Below the pieces are notes generated by a model, which did not search any database, was not told the DNA's origin, and saw only the letters and a list, made by a program, of their open reading frames with translations. Source: Patescibacteria group bacterium (GTDB lineage: Bacteria > Patescibacteriota > Patescibacteriia > WFTA01 > S139-112). Taken from it: a stretch of 54,700 nt of DNA. The stretch spans positions 1-54,700 of the forward strand of contig WFTB01000015.1 of the NCBI GenBank assembly GCA_015485695.1, written 5' to 3'. The number at the start of each line of letters is the position of its first letter. Within the stretch, counting starts at the first letter, position 1. The position numbers and the translations under genes were made by a program. Positions 48,054-54,700 of the stretch are shown piece by piece.

Positions 48054-48980
48054 ATGCTGGAGATAAACAACATATCAAAAGAATTTTTCGGAAAGAAAGT
48101 GGTAAACGACGTGTCGTTTAGAGTTTCTTCCGGAGAGGTTGTAGGTTTTTTGGGGCCAAACGGAGCCGGAAAAACGACGACCATGCGAATGATAGCGACC
48201 CTGCTCGAAGCGGAGTCCGGGACTATTACATTCAATGATAAGAATATTCGAGACAATCCGATGTATATTCGCGAGCGTCTGGGTTATATGCCGGAAAACA
48301 ACCCTCTGTACGAAGGCATGCTTGTTTCCGAATATCTTGAATACGTTGCTGATTTGAAGGGTTTGAGGAAGATTGATAAAACACAAGCAATAAAGCGAGC
48401 GGTCGGCGAGGTTGAAATAGAAGATGTATATCACAAGCCGATTATCGAACTTTCAAAAGGGTATAAGCAACGAGTCGGATTGGCTCAGGCGATAATGCAC
48501 AAGCCGGACCTTTTGATACTCGATGAACCCACGGAAGGGCTCGACCCGAACCAAAGGGTGAGCATAAGGAATCTGATTAAAAATCTCGGCAAAAACCATA
48601 CTGTCATTATATCAACCCACGTTCTTCAAGAGGTTACCGCAACGTGTTCGAGAATAATCATTATCAATGATGGAAAAATCGTTGCAGACGGAAAAACGGA
48701 AGATCTGATTGCCGGCGCTCAAGGAAAGCGCACGATTCATTTGGAGGCGGAAGGAGTGAGTGTCGATGCGTTAATGACGCTAAAAGGCGTCGAAAACGTT
48801 AAAGAAAAAACGACTGGACAAAAGACTTTTTTTGATATTTCGGTTGCGGGCGATTTGGATATAAGGGCGGACATATTTGACACGGTTAAAGGTTGTGGCG
48901 GACGTATTTGGGAATTGCGTCAAGAACGAGGGAGTCTCGAAGACGTGTTTCGAGAATTGACAAAAGAATCCGAATCTTGA
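48054..48980 (+). CDS. ABC transporter ATP-binding protein (GldA-like)
   Basis: GPNGAGKTT, GYMPENNPLY, LSKGYKQRVGLAQA, LDEPTEGLDPNQ. Confidence 0.92.
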   Translation: MLEINNISKEFFGKKVVNDVSFRVSSGEVVGFLGPNGAGKTTTMRMIATLLEAESGTITFNDKNIRDNPMYIRERLGYMPENNPLYEGMLVSEYLEYVADLKGLRKIDKTQAIKRAVGEVEIEDVYHKPIIELSKGYKQRVGLAQAIMHKPDLLILDEPTEGLDPNQRVSIRNLIKNLGKNHTVIISTHVLQEVTATCSRIIIINDGKIVADGKTEDLIAGAQGKRTIHLEAEGVSVDALMTLKGVENVKEKTTGQKTFFDISVAGDLDIRADIFDTVKGCGGRIWELRQERGSLEDVFRELTKESES

Positions 48981-49017
48981 CATCCGAGAAAGATTTTAGA
49001 ATTACGGGCAATTTTCT

Positions 49018-51237
49018 ATGTTTTCAATAATCAAAAAAGAGTTAAAACAATATTTTGATCACCCGACAGCTTATATTTTGCTCGTTGTGTTTTTGGTGAT
49101 TAATAATTTTTTCTATTTTCGCGGGATTTTGGTTCAAAACATAGCTGACATGAGACCGATGTTTGAGTTTTTGCCTTGGCTTTTGCTGTTTTTCATTCCG
49201 GCGATAACCATGAAAATGCTTGCCGAGGAAAAGCGTTCCGGAACTCTTGAATTGGAATTGGTTCAGCCGGTTGCGCCATGGAAAATTTTGACCGGAAAGC
49301 TTATATCAAGTGTCTTGTTTGTTGAGATTGGACTTGTGATAACGATGTTTGTGCCTATTATGCTGTCGACCGCGGGCTCTTTTGACTTTGGGCAGGTGAT
49401 AGCTCAATACATAGGCGCCGGTTTTTTGGCTCTAGGTCTGGCGAGTATAGGCATATTTTCATCATCGATAACGCGCAGTCAAGCGACTTCATTTATACTG
49501 TCTCTCGGTGTCGGATTTTTCTTCATTATGTCCGGAACCGAGATTGTAACGGTTGAGTTTACCGGAATGACACGCACGATTCTGGCTCAACTTTCGTTGC
49601 TGTCTCATTATCGAAACATGATTCGGGGAGTCGTCGATGTTCGCGATGTTTTGTACTTTGTAACGATATCTTTGAGTTTCGTGAGTATAAGTTATGTGTT
49701 GCTGGTGCGACCTTTGGTAAACGTCACGCGACGAGAGTTCCGTCAATTAAAAGCCGGAGTTGCCGGTATAGTTGTCATATCGCTGTTGTTGAACGCTTTG
49801 GGGTCGGGAATACCTGGAAGGCTAGACTTAACTCGAGGAAATATATACACACTCGATTCCGAGACGGTAAACGTGCTCGAAAATCTAAATGACATAGTTA
49901 CGATTAAGGTTTTTGAATCGGACAATCTTCCCCCGCAGATTACCCTGGCTCAACGCGATGTCAGGGACATGGTTCGTGATTTTGAACGAGTTTCGAACGG
50001 AAACGTGCGAGTCGAGTACATAATAGCCGGGGACGCGGAAGACGCCGATTTATTGCGGGAGGCGCAATCTTTGGGAATAGCTCCCGTTCAGTTTAACGTC
50101 GTAAGCCAGCAGGAGCTTAGCGTAAAACAAGGTTTTTTCGGATTATCGGTATTGTACGCGGGGGAATATGAATCCATACCGTTCATAGACAACACGGCAT
50201 CTCTCGAATACCAGCTCATAAGCTTCATCAAAAAACTCACATCGGACGAAAAACAGGTCGTTGGGTTCTTGGTTGGTCACGGAGAAAAGTCGCAGGCGTC
50301 GGATTTGCGGACTTTCGCTTTATCTTTGCAAGAGAGGTATGAAACAAGAGACGTAAGTCTCGTCGATGACGACATATCAAGCGTGGATGTTTTGGTTATT
50401 CCCGGACCTCAAGAAAAAATTCCCGAGTCGGAACAGGACGTACTGCGCGAGTTTATAGATAACGGAGGTTCCGTATTGTTCTTGATAGATGAAATTTTAA
50501 TCGACCCCCAAACTCTTAGGGCCTCGCCGAATTTGAGCGGTGTTTCGGATTTTGTCAGCGAATACGGCGTAAGAATCAGACCGGACGTGGTTTTTGATAT
50601 AAGGTCCAATGAAAGCGTTACATTCGGTGGGGGATTCGTGTCGTATGTGTTGCCGTATCCGTTCTGGCCGAGAATACCGACGGTTAAAAACAATCCAATC
50701 TCCGGAGATGTTCCTCATGTTGTAATGCCGTGGGCGAGTTCTTTGGAGCGTTCGGGAGAGTTTGGTGAAGCGTTTGATTTGCTTGTCACGACTCAATTCG
50801 CGGGGTCTCAGGAAGGTCAATTCAATTTGGCTCCCGATCAGAGGATTTCGGTCAGTGAAGATAATTTTGGTTCTCGCATCATGGCGATAGCGGTTAATCT
50901 TTATGACGAAGGCAACAAAGAAACGGACAATACGGATAATGGGCGTTTGATAGTTGTCGGTGATTCGGATTTTCTGACCGAACAGTTCGCTCGAGGAGCC
51001 GGCGCGGGGAATAATTTGATATTCGGGATAAACATGGTTGATTGGTTGGCGCAAGATGAAGCTTTGATAAACATCAGGTCAAAAAACCGTCAGCCGTCAC
51101 CGCTTGTTTTTGACAGTGAAAGTTCGATGTCCAGGATAAGAATTTTCAATGTGGTCGGTATACCTTTGCTTGTCGCGCTCTTCGGTGTCGCGCATCTTTA
51201 CAGGAGGAAGAAAAAATCAATGCGCACGGAACCGTGA
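49018..51237 (+). CDS. GldF-like ABC-2 permease fused to a GldG-family extracytoplasmic domain
   Basis: KELKQYF..AY; AEEKRSGTLE; RLDLT..YTL; GHGEK; VVGDSDF; NMVDWL..LINIRSK. Confidence 0.88.
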   Translation: MFSIIKKELKQYFDHPTAYILLVVFLVINNFFYFRGILVQNIADMRPMFEFLPWLLLFFIPAITMKMLAEEKRSGTLELELVQPVAPWKILTGKLISSVLFVEIGLVITMFVPIMLSTAGSFDFGQVIAQYIGAGFLALGLASIGIFSSSITRSQATSFILSLGVGFFFIMSGTEIVTVEFTGMTRTILAQLSLLSHYRNMIRGVVDVRDVLYFVTISLSFVSISYVLLVRPLVNVTRREFRQLKAGVAGIVVISLLLNALGSGIPGRLDLTRGNIYTLDSETVNVLENLNDIVTIKVFESDNLPPQITLAQRDVRDMVRDFERVSNGNVRVEYIIAGDAEDADLLREAQSLGIAPVQFNVVSQQELSVKQGFFGLSVLYAGEYESIPFIDNTASLEYQLISFIKKLTSDEKQVVGFLVGHGEKSQASDLRTFALSLQERYETRDVSLVDDDISSVDVLVIPGPQEKIPESEQDVLREFIDNGGSVLFLIDEILIDPQTLRASPNLSGVSDFVSEYGVRIRPDVVFDIRSNESVTFGGGFVSYVLPYPFWPRIPTVKNNPISGDVPHVVMPWASSLERSGEFGEAFDLLVTTQFAGSQEGQFNLAPDQRISVSEDNFGSRIMAIAVNLYDEGNKETDNTDNGRLIVVGDSDFLTEQFARGAGAGNNLIFGINMVDWLAQDEALINIRSKNRQPSPLVFDSESSMSRIRIFNVVGIPLLVALFGVAHLYRRKKKSMRTEP

Positions 51238-51374
51238 TTAAAACCGACGTGGGAAAGTTATTCGGGCTACAAACAAAAGCGTTCCGTATATCGGGATACG
51301 TTAAAAGAGTCGCTACCGAAAATGAGTCATAACCGATAACGATATTACAGACTTTTTCATCTTAAAGCAGTTGT

Positions 51375-52340
51375 ATGAATTCGAAAATATTTATAAGTAT
51401 AATAGGAATTTTGATTATATTGTCCGCCGTATGGGCCGGCGCGAAATGGGGTATAAAAGACGAAAGTCGCATGGATCTTTCCGTTATAGACATAGGGCCC
51501 ATCACAGAAGACCATGTTGATACCATTGTCATAGAAAAAGACGACATAAGAATAGAGTTGAGCAAACGCTCGGGAGAGTGGAAAGTCGGAGATCGCCCTG
51601 TCGACCCGGACAAAATAGAACTGATATGGGAAACGTTCAAAGGCATGACCATATCGGGACCGGTATCGAAAAACAAATCCAATTTCGATCGCTTCGGAGT
51701 CGGAGATTCCGACATGAGTGTCGTTTTCAGAAAAAGCGATCACGAACGTCGAATGAGGATAGGACTTAGAGCAACCACGTTCGACACGACTTACATACGC
51801 AATGCTGAGCAAAATGAAGTATACGTCGCGAATGCGAATTTAAGTTCTCTGTTTTCCACTCAAGTTGACGACTGGCGCGATAAAACAGTCATGCGAGTCA
51901 ATCCGCTTTCGGTTTTTGCGGTGGAAATAGAAAACGAAGGCGACATAATTCGTCTGAAGAAAGACGCGGAAGGCGCATGGTTTCTCGTGAATGGCGATGA
52001 GCGCGTGAAAGTTGAGCAATCAAAAGTAAGTGATATGTTGGCAAACCTAAACCCTCTAACGGCGCGCGCGATTGTCGGAGGTTCTGGGGCTCGTGAGTTT
52101 TCGAACAGGCAAGTAAGAAATGGAGTACGCTTGTATGGAGAAGACGACGTCCTTTTGCGTCAGCTTGATTTGGTGAAAGAAGGAGATTATTGGTGGGCGA
52201 GAGCGTCAGGAGACGATACCGTATTTGATTTGCAAAAATACAAATTGGCGAATGTGTTCGTATCAAAAGACGTTTTAATTGGCGATAACCCGGGCGAATC
52301 GGATAATGCGCCCGAAGGCGACTCGCAGGCAAATCAATAA
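51375..52340 (+). CDS. DUF4340-like membrane-anchored protein
   Basis: N-terminal TM; FGV, YIR..VY and DWRDK motifs; typical position after GldG. Confidence 0.75.
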   Translation: MNSKIFISIIGILIILSAVWAGAKWGIKDESRMDLSVIDIGPITEDHVDTIVIEKDDIRIELSKRSGEWKVGDRPVDPDKIELIWETFKGMTISGPVSKNKSNFDRFGVGDSDMSVVFRKSDHERRMRIGLRATTFDTTYIRNAEQNEVYVANANLSSLFSTQVDDWRDKTVMRVNPLSVFAVEIENEGDIIRLKKDAEGAWFLVNGDERVKVEQSKVSDMLANLNPLTARAIVGGSGAREFSNRQVRNGVRLYGEDDVLLRQLDLVKEGDYWWARASGDDTVFDLQKYKLANVFVSKDVLIGDNPGESDNAPEGDSQANQ

Positions 52341-52529
52341 AAACGACGTCCAACATAATCCTTTCAATTACCGGTGGTTCGTTCGTACCGTAATCATCGC
52401 TAGATTCAAGTCACGGGATTCACCGACGACCCCACCACATTTGCAATCATATTTTTAATCTTGGTTTAGTAAAAACGAACAGTTGAAAATAATTTGAAAT
52501 TGTGATAGTTTGATGTAGTCATTTTATGA

Positions 52530-52605
52530 CGGAGCGTGGCCTAATGGCTAGGGCACTTGGTTTGGGACCAAGGGATTCCGAGTTCGAGTCTCGGCGCTCC
52601 GACCA
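52530..52605 (+). tRNA. tRNA-Pro(TGG) with encoded CCA
   Basis: CGGAGCG/CGCTCCG; CTTGG-TTTGGGA-CCAAG. Confidence 0.95.
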
Positions 52606-52829
52606 TTCAATGCTTTATGAAAATTTGAAAGCGACCGATTGCTCGCCTCGCCCGTTCCGGGCGGAGTTTGTCTTATTGCGTTTTTTCGGACTTGTTAACG
52701 CGTTTTCGCCAATGATCTCTTGGTATTGGGTTGGGTTTTGGCTTTTCGCGTGACGTTTGCTTTAGATTTGGAAATTTGCAATACTGATGTTACGGAGGTC
52801 GTCAATTGGGCGACATAAGTTTTACTTGT

Positions 52830-53090
52830 ATGGGAATATTTTCTTCTTCAAAAGGAATAAGCGAACGTGAAATCGATAAATTGCTCAAAGGAATCAAGAC
52901 GCTTAATTCTGTTCAGCGCGCTTACATAAAAGGGCTTTTTGTGCAGTATCGTTCGGGAGGAATAACAGAACAAGAAATAGAAAAAGCGATAAGAGAGCTA
53001 AAGTCCAACAGCGGTGACGGCATAGACCGTAGAACGGCGGAAACGGTTCGTGGCATACTCGGCGATTATTTGCAGAAAAAATACAAATAA
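52830..53090 (+). CDS. Small helical hypothetical protein
   Basis: ATG 52830 (MGIFSS); plausible composition; occupies the intergenic gap. Confidence 0.65.
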   Translation: MGIFSSSKGISEREIDKLLKGIKTLNSVQRAYIKGLFVQYRSGGITEQEIEKAIRELKSNSGDGIDRRTAETVRGILGDYLQKKYK

Positions 53091-53202
53091 CACAATAAGT
53101 ATTTTTCCGGCGCGTGATGCGCTGGATTTTTTTCTCTCTTGTCGTATACTGATTAGAGAGAGACAAGCAAAGGTCGAGCATGTTTATAAACCACCAACGC
53201 TT

Positions 53203-53661
53203 ATGAATATGAAAGTCAAAGACGTAATGAGCACCGAAGTTATAACGATAACTCCGGACACCACATACGAGGATGCTGCTAAGATGCTATACGAGAACAG
53301 GCACAGCGGATTTCCGGTTGTGGACTCCGGGGGGAATATCGTTGGCATGCTTTCAGAGAAAAACTTGTTCAGGGGAATGTACCCGTCGTATGAAGATTTT
53401 ATGGCGGATCTTGAAGGACATTTCTTAAGTCCGGAGAGCAGGGAAGAGCGCATAACGGAAATACGCACTCGTCCGGTAGCCGAATTCATGCTAAAGGACG
53501 TTGTAACGATACATCCGGACGCTCCGATTATGAGAGCCGGAGGAATTATGCTTGCCCGCGGTTTTTATCGCTTGCCTGTCGTGGAAGACGGTTCGATTGT
53601 CGGAATGGTAACTCGAGATAAGATATTCAGCAATATACTGAAGACGTATCTGCACTTCTAG
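53203..53661 (+). CDS. CBS-domain protein
   Basis: MKVKDVMSTEVITI, SGFPVVD, RLPVVE..VGMVTR. Confidence 0.9.
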   Translation: MNMKVKDVMSTEVITITPDTTYEDAAKMLYENRHSGFPVVDSGGNIVGMLSEKNLFRGMYPSYEDFMADLEGHFLSPESREERITEIRTRPVAEFMLKDVVTIHPDAPIMRAGGIMLARGFYRLPVVEDGSIVGMVTRDKIFSNILKTYLHF

Positions 53662-53783
53662 TATATTTTGCGCACGAGCGTCAAGAGTAATAATGTTTTG
53701 CGCGAACAAAACGGAATAAGGTTTTTTGCGGGCAAAAATTTATTACACGGAAACACCACTCACGATTTCGCGAACCCGTACAA

Positions 53784-54596
53784 TCACAAAGGGCTTTTAA
53801 TGTTTTTTAGTTTTGGATTCGTCACTTGAGTATAAATCTGTGTCGTGCGGATATTCGAGTGCCCCAATAATGCCTGCACATACCGCACGTCTATCCCGTT
53901 TTCGAGCAAGTGCGTTGCAAAAGAGTGTCGCAAGGAGTGGAAAGTTGCGTCTTTTTTAACGCCACTTTTTTTCAGTGCGTTTTGAAAAACTTTTTGAGCT
54001 GTGGAAGCGGTTAATTTTCCACCGCGATTGCTTTCAAAAACAAGACAATTGTTTTTCTTTCCGGCCATTAAATTTTGAAAATCAATTTTTAATTTTTCCG
54101 GGAAAACGGTTATCCTGTCTTTTTTACCTTTGGTGTTTTTAATATGAATTGTCAATTCTTCCAAATTTATATCTTTTACTTTAAGATTAATAATCTCACC
54201 AACTCTCAATCCGGCAGCGTATCCCAAAGAAATCATTAATTTATGCTTGGAATTTTCCATTTGAGAAATAATTTTTTCTATTTCTTTTCTTGATAAAATA
54301 ACTGGCAGTTTTTTGTTCCTCTTGGCGAATTTCAAATCAATTTTTTTAGATGATTTCAAAACTTCTCTGTATAAAAACTTTATGGAATTTAAGGCCAAAT
54401 TAATTGTCTGAGAAGATTGTTTTTTACCTTGTTTCTCCAGAAGATATTTTTCAATCGCCTCGTCTCTGTTTTTTAGATTTTTCTTTTTAGCAAAAACAAG
54501 ATACTCATTCGCATAGTGCAAATAACTTTTTACGGTTCTGGGACTATAACCCTTCAACTTCATTATGTTTTCCATTTTCTTCAAAATTGATTGCAT
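53784..54596 (-). CDS. Tyrosine recombinase (Xer/integron-integrase-like, N-terminal SAM-like domain)
   Basis: YSPRTVKSY; KLPVILS; GLRVGE; KGKKDR; HSLRHSFATHLLENG; LGH; TTQIYT. Confidence 0.93.
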   Translation of the reverse strand: MQSILKKMENIMKLKGYSPRTVKSYLHYANEYLVFAKKKNLKNRDEAIEKYLLEKQGKKQSSQTINLALNSIKFLYREVLKSSKKIDLKFAKRNKKLPVILSRKEIEKIISQMENSKHKLMISLGYAAGLRVGEIINLKVKDINLEELTIHIKNTKGKKDRITVFPEKLKIDFQNLMAGKKNNCLVFESNRGGKLTASTAQKVFQNALKKSGVKKDATFHSLRHSFATHLLENGIDVRYVQALLGHSNIRTTQIYTQVTNPKLKNIKSPL

Positions 54597-54700
54597 ATTT
54601 TTATATAGTTTGTTACTTTGGAAGTAGATTCCTAGATAACATCATAATTCCGTATAACATACAAATTCCCTCTATTATCAACCACCTACTCCGCATAAAA

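Noticed and set aside
52526-52753. 75-aa ORF
   Set aside because: It overlaps tRNA-Pro
1-54700. Alternative genetic code 25 (TGA=Gly)
   Set aside because: Long genes are intact under code 11 and several end at TGA at the expected family length

Overview
This 54.7 kb bacterial chromosomal window uses genetic code 11 (TGA stops are used). Its gene style suggests Patescibacteria/CPR: a TrmB-like regulator, mostly CCA-less tRNAs, tRNA-Arg(UCG), AT-rich starts without Shine-Dalgarno motifs and several CBS-only proteins. That assignment is inference only. From left to right the window holds: a TrmB regulator; a CstR-like repressor with its operator, a DUF2892 protein and an RND efflux pair; an epimerase and a 2H phosphoesterase; a ~2.35 kb segment bounded by a 64-bp duplication of the tRNA-Gly 3' end; three secreted or anchored proteins with PPDTT linkers (a dockerin-like protein, a GH30-like protein and a 2,098-aa heparinase/PKD/beta-helix protein); an ATL protein, a TyrA-PDT fusion, pyrD and a DsbA-like gene; a tRNA cluster (Arg, Lys, Ala, Phe); two convergent glycan clusters with two gmd, fcl, asnB, GT2/4/11, FkbM and an ABC flippase, the larger headed by an HTH_17 gene with a 10-bp repeat operator; an ArsB/NhaD transporter; a Gld-like ABC system; tRNA-Pro; and a tyrosine recombinase. 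The most striking unexplained signal is a 53-nt structured element tandemly repeated behind both tRNA-Gly and tRNA-Arg. It has near-identical flanks, a covarying hairpin and a 10-nt segment antisense to the T-arm of its own host tRNA.
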